A stretch of 64,000 bases of DNA from Eledone cirrhosa. Taxonomy: Eukaryota. The stretch spans positions 332,816,001-332,880,000 of the forward strand of contig OZ024742.1 of NCBI GenBank assembly GCA_964016885.1. Reading direction: 5' to 3'. How positions within the stretch are numbered: the stretch's first letter is position 1; the number at the start of each line of letters is the position of its first letter. A program made the position numbers and the translations under genes. Under the pieces are notes generated by a model. It saw nothing but the letters and a program-made list of their open reading frames with translations. It searched no databases and had not been told where the DNA came from. Below are positions 14,432-28,893 of this stretch, piece after piece.

Positions 14432-14815
14432 AACACAGCCATATACTCACACACACATACGCAAAGACACTGTCACACACAAAAAAACTGTTTCTGTGTC
14501 TCACTGTCTCTCTGTCTCTCGTTCGCTCTGTCAATCTCTTTCTTAATTGGTGTGTGTGTGATGGTGTGTATCTATGTGTGTGTGTGTGTGTGTATGTGTG
14601 TGTGTGTGTACAGTAGATAGTTGAGGGCATATATACATCTTTAAACATTCATTGTGAGACTCGCGTATGTATAATTAAATATATCGTATAAGTCACCATA
14701 TACCCTCCTCCGCATTCGGGACCACGGTATGATATTCTTACTTACAACACATACACATACACTCATGCACACACACACACACAAAATCATATATTTTGTA
14801 TATATATATATATAT

Positions 14816-15325
14816 ACGTTATTCCGGATTGAATCGGAGGTAACCACAGTAAGTAAGGTACTCAATACATAGCAGAGTATAAAAGTGTTAATGTAGATGA
14901 GATTCTACAGGACTAGAACTGTTTCATTCATTAGAAATCATCAGGAATCTGGGTATCAAAAAATAAGTATGGTATATATAGGTCTCTACAAGTGGTAAGA
15001 GAGGGCGGGGAGTGGGATGGGTGTAGGTCATTGGCTGATAGAATTCATTAAAAGCTAATTCTACAAAGCTATAGTTTATTTTTATTTTAGAGTAACAAAG
15101 GCAGAAAGAATTCTATAAACAGGTTCAGGATGGCATGCCAATCCTTATTATTAAGTTTCTCTTGAGCTAACAGGTGTCTATAAAATCATTGGGGGGGTCA
15201 GTCATGGTAGATAGATTTAAAGGAAAGGGAGACTCTTTAAGAGCTAATTCTTTACTAAGTGACAAAGGTTTAGAATTCTGTAGACAAATTCAAAATATTG
15301 AGTGCATATCTTACAATTATCCTCT
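14816..15325 (-). mobile_element. PLE terminal repeat arm with tail; hammerhead at 14900-14950
   Basis: Reverse complement of 24557-24995; carries an extra ~70-nt tail that the partner lacks. Confidence 0.8.
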
Positions 15326-15346
15326 ATAAATATATATATATATATA

Positions 15347-15730
15347 CAACACTCGCCTCCTATGTTTGGGACCTCAAAAGGAACCCCACCCCTTCACGCT
15401 TAAATGGAAAATACTCCAGGAGGCGCGTTCTTACAACGGAGGACACAAGGGCTGCGACCTTTGTATCTCAGAGAGCTACGAAATTTTATTCACCAATTTT
15501 ATCCGCTACTGAACAAACTCTCTGAACACTGCCCGAACTGCATGCACAATAATTTTGCAACTTTCAAACACTTTAAGCCAGTGTTAAAGCCCGATGGCTA
15601 AAAACGACATCCCCTATCGGCCCTTATACCTCCTTCCCACCCTACCCCCACCCCTCCTGAACCTGAAATACGGCCACTATGGTTATGTGAGTACTTCTTA
15701 CCTATCTACATTTTCTGCCTGTAGAGCTGT
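15347..15730 (+). mobile_element. Hydra-like PLE GIY-YIG C-terminal fragment
   Basis: TLASYVWDLK / LKWKIL / CDLCISE / LLNKLSEHCPNCMH across frames. Confidence 0.7.
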
Positions 15731-15846
15731 TTTTTTTTGTGCCTGTGTATATGCGTATATTTATTGAGTACTTATTTATTTGTTAGTGTATATATTTGTG
15801 TGTATGTAGGTATATGTATGTATATGTATGTGTGCACATATGTATG

Positions 15847-15908
<62 letters not shown>

Positions 15909-15912
<4 letters not shown>

Positions 15913-16545
15913 ATATTGAGAAACACACATATACATGCGGACACATACATATACATAAATATATCCACATCCATCCTTGAGTTAATGGTGCCAAGCTTAA
16001 CCGATTTTGCTCTATGAATAACTGGGACAAACCAATCCGAATGGAATAGACGGTTAAGGTTGGCACCATTAACTCAAGGATGGATGTGGATATATTTATG
16101 TATATGTATGTGTCCGCATGTATCTGCGTGTTTCTCAATATATTGTTTATAACTCCTCCTGGACGAGTAATCCTTAAAGTGTAGTGACTGCTGGAAAGCT
16201 GCCATTACTCATACTTCTTGCCACCTTAACCACCTCTTCTACGGCCTCGATATAAATACCCCCTCCGCACCCGTGGTATTTTTTTCAGGGTTATAAGGGG
16301 CTTAGCTCTGTTTCTTGACCGTCGTATCACGTGATTGACTCCCCCTCCGCCTTTTGGGATTCTATCTCACATCTTATAGACGTGCTCTCTGAAGCTAGTA
16401 AAATGAAGTATCGCCTTGATAAGTCGCAGACCTCACAAAGGCTCTATATCTCTATGATGTATTGTTTTTGATTATGCCACGAAACTACGTAGTAGAGGAA
16501 TCTAGTAGCAGTTTAGGTATGACACATCTTATTACTAATTATATC
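15909..16545 (+). mobile_element. Fold-back PLE-like terminal fragment with a degenerate hammerhead (~16449-16498)
   Basis: 15909-15993 is inverted relative to 16050-16145; GAAA-ctacgtag-TA-gagg half-core; (TA)n flanks. Confidence 0.55.
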
Positions 16546-16568
16546 TAAATGTTTCTTCTCTCTAAATA

Positions 16569-16638
<70 letters not shown>

Positions 16639-16814
16639 GGGTATATGTGTATGTATGTGTATGTATGTATATATATATATATATATATGTATGTATTGTA
16701 TGTGTGTATGTGTATGTGTATATATGTGTGTATGCAGGTATGCTTGTGTACATGTGTATTTATATGTATGTGTATATATATATATATGTATGAGTGTGTA
16801 TTTATAAGTGTATT

Positions 16815-16903
<89 letters not shown>

Positions 16904-17052
16904 GTGCATGTATATATGTATATGTCTGTTTGTATGTGTGTATATGTATATATATATATATATAATGAAAAATTGAACAGGTACAGAACAGAGAGGCAGT
17001 ACGATAAATGTTTATTAAATTCACGCTCAGGAGAGTGGGGGGTAGGTGGGGG

Positions 17053-17086
17053 GACGACGTTTCGGGCATAAGCCCTTCTTCAGGTG
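17053..17086 (-). ncRNA. Minimal hammerhead in the pLTR (second copy 21740-21772)
   Basis: CTGAAGA-agggc ttat gccc-GAAA-cg-TC; stem I is weak and stem III is a CG palindrome. Confidence 0.7.
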
Positions 17087-18435
17087 AGAAGTGTGTAGGA
17101 ACAGAGTTCAAAAGGTGTGTAGGGGAGTGGTGGAGAGACATATAGCGAAAGGAAACGGTGCGAATGAAAAATTAACAAATAAAGCCAAAAAATATAATAA
17201 ATAAAAATAAAGCATGATCAAAATACAAGGAATGAGAAAATTTAAAAATAAAGGCATGATCAAAATAAACTGAAATTAAAAGGGGGGTAAACAGGTGGTG
17301 GAAGGGTGTGGGGTGAGTAGGGGTGGTGGCGGGTGGACTGGGGAGAGGGAGACGGGGTGTCCGAGCGGGGAGGGCTGAAGGTGGTGTGTGTGGTTAGGTG
17401 TGCGTGTGTGTGTGTGTGTATGTGAAAGTGAGGGTTGGGGGAAGACGGGGTTGCATGTTCAGGAAGGTGTGTGTGGGGGTGTTTTTGTGGGTCGGAGTGT
17501 CTGTGCGTGTGTGGATAGGGGGGTGGGGGGAGAGGAATCAGGAGGCTGAGGGTGTAAATATGTGGTGGGAAGCACGTGTGTGTGGTTTAAGCGTGTTGTG
17601 GGTGTGGGTGTGGGTGGCGTGTGGATAAAAAAAATGTTTTGGGTGTGTGTGTGTGGGTGAGTTATATAGGTGATGGTGTAAGAGGATGGTTGAAAAGTTG
17701 GTAAGTTCCACGGATGTTTGGTGATTTTGGTTAGAAGTCAAGTTCGCATGTGGGTAATCCAAGAAGCGGTGGTCGGAAGAGGAGAGATGTGGGGTGCGCG
17801 AGCAACAGGAAGTGGTCAGCAGTGGGAGTGCTGTGGTCAGTTGGTGCTGAGAGGTGGTCGGAAGGGCATAGCAGCAGTCGGCGGAATGGTAGGGAGGCGA
17901 GGATGGGTAGGTGTGAGAGTTGGAGTGAGGAGGGTGTGTGTGTGTGTGTATTAAGGGGTGTTAGGGGGATGAGTGAGTGTGGAGCGGGGAGAGAAGGGTG
18001 TGTGTGGTTCTATGGAGGGAGTGTGGTGTACTGGTGTGTGTGTAGTTTGGTGAAGAGGTGTTAGTGGGTGTTAGTATACGGGAAGGTGGAGGGGTGGAAT
18101 GCAGGTGTGAGTGGGGGTTAGTGGGGGTAGGGTGTGTAGAGTTGGTGGTGTACGAGGGTGTGTGGGTACGTGTGCGTGGGGTTGGAGGGTGTTAGTGATG
18201 TTAGTTGCGTCTGGCGTGGGTGGTGTAAGTGGGTGCGTGTGTGCGTGTGATAAGGAGGGGGGAAGAGGAGAAGAGCGGAGGGAAGGGATGTTAGTATGTT
18301 AGTTGGGGAAGGGTGGTCAGATGAGGGGTGGAGTGGAGGTGTTAGTATTGTTAGTGTGGGGTGGGCGGTGAAAAGGAGGGGTGTGTTAGTGGTGTTAGTG
18401 GGGGATACGTGTGGGGGGAGGGGGGCGGTCGAACG

Positions 18436-21235
18436 CTAAAGGAATAAGGGTGGGGAGTTCAGGCCGGGGGGAGTGTGGGTCTGTAAGATGATGATAGTGC
18501 GTTGTTCGACCGTAAGGCGATGGGCGGGTGTTCCGTGGCACTGGAGTAGGCCACAGACTGTGAGATGGCGTGCGGAGTGTCCAGGGCCACCAAAGTGGCG
18601 GGCGATGGGGGAACTGCCCCCGAGACGAATATCCCGGAGGTGCTCCGTGACTCGGTCCGCCAGGCGACGTCCCGTCTGTCCGACATAAGTCGCGCTGCAC
18701 TCCGTGCAACGAAGTCCGTAGACTAGGTTGGAGGAGGTGCAGCAGAAGGCATGCCGGAACGAGAAAGAGTGGCCGTTGGGACCCTGGAAGGTGGTGGTGT
18801 TGGTGATGTGGGGACAGGTGTTGCAGCGGGGCCTAGAACAGGGGAGGGAACCGGGGGGGAAACGGAGCGTGGGTTGGGGGGTAGGGAGCTGTGGACGAGG
18901 AGGGTGCCGAGATTGCGTGTGCGCTTGAAGGAGGGGAGTGGTGGTGTTGGGAAGATGTGGGAGGTGGAGGGGTCGGACTGGAGGCGTCGGAAGAGGCGGC
19001 GGATGGTGCGGTGGAGGGGTAAGGTGGAGGGGTGGTAGGTGATGGGGAAGGGGAGACGGTGGGTGGGTGTGCGGTGGCGTGGGGTGAGGGTGGTGGAGCG
19101 GGGGATAGCACGGGCGCGGGTGAGAGCGGTGTAGACGAGAGAGGGGAGGTAACCTCTGCGGATGAAATGGCTGACTAGGGAAAGGGCCTGGGACTCGAAG
19201 TGAGCATCTCGGCTACAGAGGCGGCGGATCCTGAGAAGTTGGGAGTAGGGTATGGAGAGTTTAGTGTGGGTGGGGTGGGAAGAGGTGAAGTCGAGGTAAG
19301 AGTGGGAGTCGGTGGGTTTGAAGAAGGCGGAGGTGACGAGGGAGTGGTGGGTAGGGTCGAAGGCGACGGAGATGTCCAAGAAGTGGACGTGTGTGGTGGA
19401 GATAGAGGTGGTGAAGTGGAGGGAGGGGTGGAAGGAGCAGAAGAAGGAGAGAAAGGAGTCGAGCTGTACTCGGGTGAGGGTAGTGGCTCCGATACAGTCG
19501 TCAATGTAACGACCGTACAGTTCGGGCGTGGGGCCGGTGTACTGGGCAAAGATTTGGGCCTCAACATGGCCAACAAAAAGATTGGCATAGTTCGGGCCCA
19601 TTCTTGTGCCCATGGCTACCCTCGTGACCTGTTGGTAAAACTCACCCGAGAAGGAGAAACAATTTTGGGTGAGGACCAGCTCGGCGAGGCGAAGGAGGGT
19701 GGGGGTGGAGGGAATGGGGGAGGGGCGAAGGTCGAGGTAGTGTTTGAGGGCGCGAAGGCCGTCGGCGTGGGGGATGACGGTATAGAGGGACTTGATGTCT
19801 AGGGTGAAGAGGAATGGCTGAGGGCCGGGTAGGTGAAAGAGTCGAAAAGGCGCAGGGCGTGGTTGGTGTCGGAGATGTAGGAGGGGAGGGTGGTGACAAG
19901 GGGGGCGAGGAGGGAGTCGAGAAAGGCTGAGATGAGTTCGGTGGGGCAGTTGCAAGCGGAGACGATGGGGTGGCCGGGGTTGTCGAGTTTGTGGAGTTTG
20001 GGGAGGAAGTAGATGGTGGGGGTGCGGGGGGTGCGGACGATGAGGTGGGAAGCGGTGGGGGGGAGGAGGGAGGAGGCGATAAGATCTTTGATGGTGGAGG
20101 AGACTTGTTGTTGGTAGAGGGGGGTGGGATCGGAGGGTAGAGGGCGGTAAAAGAGGGGTTACAGAGCTTCCTGAGAGCTTCGGCCGTGTAGAGGTCCGCG
20201 CGCCATACCACCACGGCGCCTCCCTTGTCCGCCGGTTTGATGACGATGTCATCTCGGCTACGGAGGGAGCGGAGAGCGAGGAGTTCGCCCCGTGAGATGT
20301 TGTGCCGTTTGGAACGGTGGCGGAAGTCGAAACGATTTACTGCGCTACGGCTGGCATCGACGAAGGCGTCCAGGGTGCTAAATTGCCCTGGGGCCGGCGT
20401 CCCAAAAGATGGTCGTCGGCCCAGGGCGAGAAACGGGTCTGGGGCGTCCGGAGCCGGTGGCGTTCGGCTGAAATGTGCCCGTAGCTTAGTGGGTCGCACG
20501 AATCGCTCGACTTCCGTTCGGGTGCGGAACTCGTCGCTGAGCGGAGTGTGGGGTATGAAGCGAAGGCCTCTACTAAGGAGAGAGCGCTCAGGTGCGGAGA
20601 GGGGGAGGTCAGGGGGTATGGTGACATAAAGGGGTGGGGTTTGGGTGTTTGGGGAGGGAAGGGAGGGTGTGGTGAGGGGTGAGGTGGAGGGTGGAGATTG
20701 GGTAGGGGTATGGGTCGAGGGAGAGGTGGAGAGTGGTGGGCGCATGGGGATGGGCGGGTGGTGGTGGAGAGGGGGGGGGTGAGTGTAGCTTGCGGGCTTT
20801 GGTGGAGCTGAGGAACGAGAAGAGGTTGTGGTTGAGGTTGTGGATGAAGGAGAGGATGGCTTGGGCGAGGAGGGGGTGGCAGGTGGAGTAAAGGCGGAGG
20901 AGGGTGGGGGTCAGTTGGTGGTCAAGTAGGCGGAGGGTGGAACGGGAGGCGCGGATGGAGTTGCGCATCAGAAGGCGTGAGGATCGGGTGAGGATACGTT
21001 GCGTGGAGGGGGAAGCAGCGGGGGAGGGGTGGAAGTGTAGACGGAAGCCGAGGGGGATAAGGTGGAGGCGGAGGCAGTGGCTGAGGAAATGGATGTGGCT
21101 GGAGTGCCGGGTTTTGGCGAAGAGAAGGTAGGAGAGTTGAAGGGCAGAGGGGAGATAGCAGGGTGGAAGGAGGGGGGTGAGGAAAAGTTTGAGGCGATTG
21201 TGGAGTTGGTGGAGAAAGGATCTCAGGTTGGCCAT
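18436..21235 (-). pseudogene. PLE polyprotein (RT + C-terminal GIY-YIG endonuclease) split by about 4 frameshifts
   Basis: IKPADKGGAVVVW, TLDIKSLYTVIP, VAMGTRMGPNYANLF, YGRYIDDCI, IPYSQLLRIRRLCS, then CSRPRCNTC..LVYGLRCTECSATYVGQTGRRLADRVTEH..GLN to the stop near 18436. Confidence 0.92.
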
Positions 21236-23136
21236 GATGGGCGTTGGGTGAAAGTAGGGGGAGGGATGAGAGGGCGGGGGTGTGAAGCGGGGTGGAGTGA
21301 ACGAAGGGGTGAGTGCGAAGGATAGGCAGAGACGGGTAAGGGAAAAAGAAACAGAAAAACGTAGGGAGGGGGGAGTAAATACCGGAAAATTAAAGACAAA
21401 AAATCATAAAGGTAAAAACACAGGCAACCGTGAACAAAAAATCATAGAAATACAATTGTAAGAACACAGGCAAAGAATCTTATTCGGAAAAAAAAGGGGT
21501 ACGGGAACAAAATCAAACAGAGGTAATGCGTGGAAGGAAAGACAAAGTGTGGGAAGGTGTGTAAAGTTGGGAGAAAGGTCACGGCGGATTAGATCGGGGT
21601 TGAGCCGGTTGTTAAGTTAAGTTCCAAGGATGGAAGCCGTGTGAGCGTGTGTTATATATAATGAACAGGGACAGAACAGAGAGGCAGTACGATAAATGTT
21701 TATTAAATTCACGCTCAGGAGAGTGGGGTTAGGTGGGGGACGACGTTTCGGGCATAAGCCCTTCTTCAGGTGAGAAGTGTGTAGGAACAGAGTTCAAAAG
21801 GTGTGTAGGGGAGTGGTGGAGAGACATATAGCGAAAGGAAACGGTGCGAATGAAAAATTAACAAATAAAGCCAAAAAATATAATAAATAAAAATAAAGCA
21901 TGATCAAAATACAAGGAATGAGAAAATTTAAAAATAAAGGCATGATCAAAATAAACTGAAATTAAAAGGGGGGTAAACAGGTGGTGGAAGGGTGTGGGGT
22001 GAGTAGGGGTGGTGGCGGGTGGACTGGGGAGAGGGAGACCGGGTGTCCGAGCGGGGAGGGCTGAAGGTGATGTGTGTGGTTAGGTGTGCGTGTGTGTGTG
22101 TGTGTGTGTATGTGAAAGGGTTGGGGGAAGAACGGGGTTGCATGTTCAGGAAGGTGTGTGTGGAGTGTGTTTTTGTGGGTCGGAGTGTCTGTGCGTGTGT
22201 GGATAGGGGGGTGGGGGGAGAGGAATCAGGAGGCTGAAGGTGTAAATATGTGGTGGGAAGCACGTGTGTGTGGTTTAAGCGTGTTGTGGGTGTGGGTGGC
22301 GTGTGGATAAAAAAAATGTTTTGGGGTGTGTGTGTGTGGGTGAATTATATAGGTGATGGTGTAAGAGGATGGTTGAAAAGTTGGTAAGTTCCACGGATGT
22401 TTGGAGATTTTGGTTAGAAGTCAAGTTCGCGTGTGGGTAATCCAAGAAGCGGTGGTCGGAAGAGGAGAGATGTGGGGTGCACGCGCAACAGGAAGTGGTC
22501 AGCAGTGGGAGTGCTGTGGTCAGTTGGTGCTGAGAGGTGGTCGGAAGGGCATAGTAGCAGTCGGCGGAATGGTAGGGAGGCGAGGATGGGTAGGTGTGAG
22601 AGTTGGAGTGAGGAGGGTGTGTGTGTGTGTGTGTGTTTGTGTGTATCAGTAGGGGTGTTAGTGGGATGAGTGAGTGTGGAGCGGGGAGAGAAGGGTGTGT
22701 GTGGTTCTATGGAGGGAGTGTGGTGTACTGGTGTGTGTGTAGTTTGGTGAAGAGGTGTTAGTGGGTGTTAGTATACGGGAGGTGGGGAGGGGTGGAATGC
22801 AGGTGTGAGTTGGTGTTAGTGGGGGTAGGGTGTGTAGAGTTGGTGGTGTACGAGAGTATATATATATATGTGTGTGTATGTGTGTATGTATGTGTGCGTA
22901 TGTACACATACATGTGTGTGTGTGTGTATGTGTGTATTTGTATGTATATATGTATGTATATTTGTCTATGTATGTGTATGTATACATATATATATATATC
23001 TATGTGTATGTGTATATATATGTGTATCTCTATGTATATGTGTATGTGTATGTATATATGTATGTATATATGTATATAAATGTATATATATGTGAATGTG
23101 TATATGTATATATATATATATATATATGTATACATC

Positions 23137-23170
<34 letters not shown>

Positions 23171-23255
23171 GGTGTGTGTTTGTGTTTGTGTATATGTGTA
23201 TGTGTGTGTATATATATTTAATATTTGTATGTGTTTGTATATATGTGTATGCGTT

Positions 23256-23311
<56 letters not shown>

Positions 23312-23375
23312 AGTGTGTGTGTGTGTATATGTATATATATATATATGTATATATAAGTGTGTGTGTGTGTATATG

Positions 23376-23479
<104 letters not shown>

Positions 23480-23867
23480 TAAATGGAATAGAAAATGCTG
23501 ACAAATTGTTCACAGTTGGAAAATGGTTTAATTAGGAATAAAAGAGTATTAGTAATTGTATGGGTTAGTATTCAGTTGTGGTTTTATGTTTTTAAGTTCT
23601 TACCGGTTGCGCATTTCTAAATGCTTTTCAAAAATAATTTTGAGATATAGTGTCCGTGTTGTTTGCTCTGATCAGAGTGTGTGTGTATATGTATATATAT
23701 ACATGTGTGTGTATATATGTATATGTGTCTATGTGTGTATGTATGTGTATGTGTATATGAGTATATGTGTATTTATATATGTATATATATATATATGTGT
23801 GTGTGTATATGTATATATATATATTTATATGTGCATGTATATGTATGTATATATGTGTGTATGTATG

Positions 23868-23920
<53 letters not shown>

Positions 23921-23999
23921 GTATGTGTGTGTATGTGTGTATATGTATATGTATGTGTGTGTGTGTGTATGTATGTGTATATATATGTATATGCATATG

Positions 24000-24033
<34 letters not shown>

Positions 24034-24061
24034 TATATGTATGTATATATGTATATGTATA

Positions 24062-24420
24062 TATTAATATATATGATGAAACACAAATAGCAACATATCT
24101 GCATTTATATTGTAAAAGAAATTTAGTTAGCTATAATGAAATATACCAATTATAATATTACAGCCTGCCTATATCGATTTAAAATAATAAATCAACAAAG
24201 ACAAACAGTTATTTATTATTTTAAATCGATGTAGGCAGGCTGTAATATTATAATTGGTATATTACATTCTAGCTAACTAAATTTATTTTACAATATAAAC
24301 GCAGATATGTTGGTATTTGTGTTTTATCATATATATTAATTTATATTTAAATGTTTTACACGTCTCAGAAATATTTCATTCTTTGAGCTATTTTCATTGT
24401 AAAAGAACTCATTACACTTA
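24062..24420 (+). mobile_element. Fold-back element with ~130-bp arms and an ~80-nt tail, in (TA)n
   Basis: 24062-24192 is inverted relative to 24211-24340. Confidence 0.75.
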
Positions 24421-24928
24421 ATATATATTTATATATATATATATATGTATATGTGTATGTGGGTGTGTCTATGGGTGCGCGCGAGTGTGTGAGTGAGTGT
24501 TTTTGTGAATGTGTCTGTTGATTTTGGCATATATTTGAATAGTTTAAGAGAAATTTGAGGACAATTGTAAGATATGCACTCAATATTTTGAATTTGTCTA
24601 CATAATTCTAAATCTTTGTCACTTAGTAAAGAATTAGCTCTTAAAGAGTCTCCCTTTCCTTGAAAATTATCTACCATGACTGACCCCCAATGATTTTATA
24701 GACACCTGTTAGCTCCATAGAAACTTAATAATAAGGATTGGCATGCCATCCTGAACCTGTTTATAGAATTCTTTCTGCCTTTGTTACTCTAAAATAAAAA
24801 TAAACTATAGCTTTGTAGAGTTAGCTTTTAATGAATTCTATCAACCAATGACCTACACCCATCCCACTCCCCACCCTCTCTTACCACTTGTAGAGACCTA
24901 TATATACCATACTTATTTTTTGATACCC

Positions 24929-24979
24929 AGATTCCTGATGATTTCTAATGAATGAAACAGTTCTAGTCCTGTAGAATCT
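24929..24979 (+). ncRNA. Type I hammerhead ribozyme within arm 24557-24995
   Basis: agattc-CTGATGA-tttc taat gaat-GAAA-cag..ctg-TA-gaatct. Confidence 0.85.
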
Positions 24980-24991
24980 CATCTATATTAA

Positions 24992-26155
<1,164 letters not shown>

Positions 26156-26438
26156 CCTGTTTGTATGTGCTTATATAATATAATATAAAACCATTTTGTA
26201 ATATGAAGGCATGAGAAATAGAAAGGTGTTAGACGTGTTTTATCTTAAATAAATTGATCTGTTCAAATATGAAATTAGATGGTAATCGACAAAATTGAAT
26301 ATAAAATCGTTTATATATATATATATATTTATGTATATGTAAGTATGTGTATGCACACACACACACACACATATATATATATTGTTATACTTGGGGAGGG
26401 TCATATTGTTGTAATAATATTGTCAATATTATTACAAC

Positions 26439-26488
<50 letters not shown>

Positions 26489-26578
26489 CATGTATAGTAT
26501 ACACTCTGACAAATGTGTAAATACGGTCTTTTCCAACCGATTGAGCACTGTTTTCCTTGATCTTTCATCTACGGATTC

Positions 26579-26671
<93 letters not shown>

Positions 26672-26673
<2 letters not shown>

Positions 26674-27031
26674 AGTTATCCTTAGAGGTTGTGAGTACTC
26701 TTGTGAGATGCAGGTTATTCTTGGAGTAATAGTAGTGAAAAAGAGAAGAATAACATGGTCGGCTACACAAAAAGGGTTTTATATACAGTATTAACAATTG
26801 TTCAAGTGATTCTAAAGGCCGAATTGATCAAGTGATTCTAAAGGCCGAATCTGACCAAATCATCGGAGTATCAGTATTCCCATGATTTGATCACAGACAC
26901 ACTGTATTTAATGTCGAGTGACGCAATTTCCAGTGATCAGCAGCTTTTAGACTCACCTGATGAATGAAACAATTGTTAATACTGTAAATAAAACCCCTTT
27001 TATACGGCCGACCACGTTATTCTTCATTCTT

Positions 27032-27036
<5 letters not shown>
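26672..27036. mobile_element. Fold-back element with a ~60-nt tail and a collapsed hammerhead (CTGATGA-at-GAAA-caattg-TT at 26957)
   Basis: 26733-26802 is inverted relative to 26967-27036; (TA)n flanks; internal 22-bp direct repeat. Confidence 0.7.
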
Positions 27037-27126
<90 letters not shown>

Positions 27127-27429
27127 CAATTGAGAGATTAGCTGTTGCGTGTACATAAATCTTCTAGTGAAAATTGTGACTTTATAATAGCTCAGGTGAT
27201 TCTCACTCTCCATACAATTCATAATCTAACTGTTCATCCATGTAGAATATTCATGCTAATTAGAATTATGAAAATTTCTCTTTTTAATTTTTCATTTTTG
27301 TTTTCTGATTTCATTTATCTTTCAAAAAACAAGCTATTCAAATATTTGTGATTTTCATTAGTTTTCATTAATTATTATTATTCTACATCAGATGCCCTTG
27401 TGGCAAATAGAAGAAATCAACGTCATCTC

Positions 27430-27564
27430 TCTTCTTCTTCTTCTTCTTCTTCTTCTTCTTCTTCTTCTTCTTCTTCTTCTTCTTCTTCTTCTTCTTCTTC
27501 TTCTTCTTCTTCTTCTTCTTCTTCTTCTTCTTCTTCTTCTTCTTCTTCTTCTTCTTCTTCTTCT
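27430..27564. repeat. (TTC)n microsatellite
   Basis: Directly visible. Confidence 0.98.
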
Positions 27565-27772
27565 CGGCTATGTGTTATCTTTCTGCAGATATCACATGGA
27601 AACTCTGCCTAAACATGACTATCATAATTTGTTTGTGCCGCTAGACGCAGAACGGGTGCACACACGCACACACACACACGCACCCACACACACACGCACA
27701 CACATACATGCCCGCACACACATACACGCACAAGCACACATACATATATATATATATATATCAAGATATATT

Positions 27773-27845
<73 letters not shown>

Positions 27846-27849
<4 letters not shown>

Positions 27850-27982
27850 CGAAGGAAATGTGGTAAGGAACCAGGTGAAACCATAACGCACCAAAGTACT
27901 CAATACTTAGTGTAGTAGAGTGGGTAATAGGAACGAGTAGGACCCCGACGGCTGAGCTCAAGCCGTCGGGGTCCTACTCGTT

Positions 27983-27986
<4 letters not shown>
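27846..27986 (-). mobile_element. Fold-back element, family B (copy 2)
   Basis: Same termini as copy 1; ~26-bp arms turning at the loop of hammerhead stem III. Confidence 0.9.
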
Positions 27987-28043
<57 letters not shown>

Positions 28044-28047
<4 letters not shown>

Positions 28048-28168
28048 ATAATAATAAATTTGAAGACTAAAATCCAAAGAGTGCTCGATAAGGATAAATA
28101 TATATCAAATATATAAGAACCGTAGAGCAAATATTTATTATAATAACAGATTAATCTGTTATTTTAAT
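28044..28168 (-). mobile_element. Fold-back element, family A (short copy)
   Basis: Tail, then the turn aataacagattaatctgttatt; (TA)n flanks. Confidence 0.8.
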
Positions 28169-28839
28169 ATATATATATATATATATACATACGTATATAT
28201 ATATATATATATATATATACATTTACATATACATATATCAATACATTTTGATTTATATATGCAAGTATTCATTTCTCTATATATATGTGGATGTGTGTGT
28301 GTGTATGTATAGTGTAGGTCGATACATGATAAAAGTCTCATACACATAAACGAAACTTCATAGTTTTTTAAATATATATATATATTTTAATGTGTGTGTG
28401 TGTGACTATCTGTCCGTTTATCTCTATGACAACATACATTTTCATTGGTTAGTAGGACTATCTAAGAGCTTTCACAATATTTCAAATATATCTACCAACA
28501 GCTCATTAAAAAAGAACTCTACAATACCATGTATTAACATATATCCACGCACACGGCCATTCTTTCATATCCACACTTACAAGGTCATTCCGTTTCTTGA
28601 TTTCGTCGAAAGCAATCGTTTGGAGTCACTTTGTTTACCTTTATGATAGGGCAATAAACAATTATGTTTATATATATATATCAAACAACCACAGTCATTA
28701 CCATATATAACCCAGACGTTCATTGCTAACGAGTAGGATAAACATTTTACTGTCACGTGATTATTGACGTCACAGTTTTCTTTCATATTCTTTCGAAAGT
28801 TCCACGTTTCAACATGGATTATGCACGTAATTGGCTGTT

Positions 28840-28893
<54 letters not shown>

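Larger units (their letters stand above)
16964..22855 (-). mobile_element. Near-complete Penelope-like retroelement (Neptune-like) with ~1.2-kb direct pseudo-LTRs (16964-18153 and 21661-22853)
   Basis: RT and GIY-YIG coding remnants, direct terminal repeats each with a hammerhead, inserted in (TA)n. Confidence 0.93.

Noticed and set aside
17398-22669. Plus-strand Gly/Val-rich ORFs and Pro/Ser-rich alternative frames
   Set aside because: Antisense or off-frame shadows of the stop-poor, C-skewed PLE
26803-26850. CRISPR-like direct repeat
   Set aside because: Only two 22-bp copies with a 3-nt gap, in eukaryotic DNA with no cas genes
28753-28772. Adjacent E-box (tcacgtga) and CRE (tgacgtca)
   Set aside because: Short motifs with no linked transcription unit
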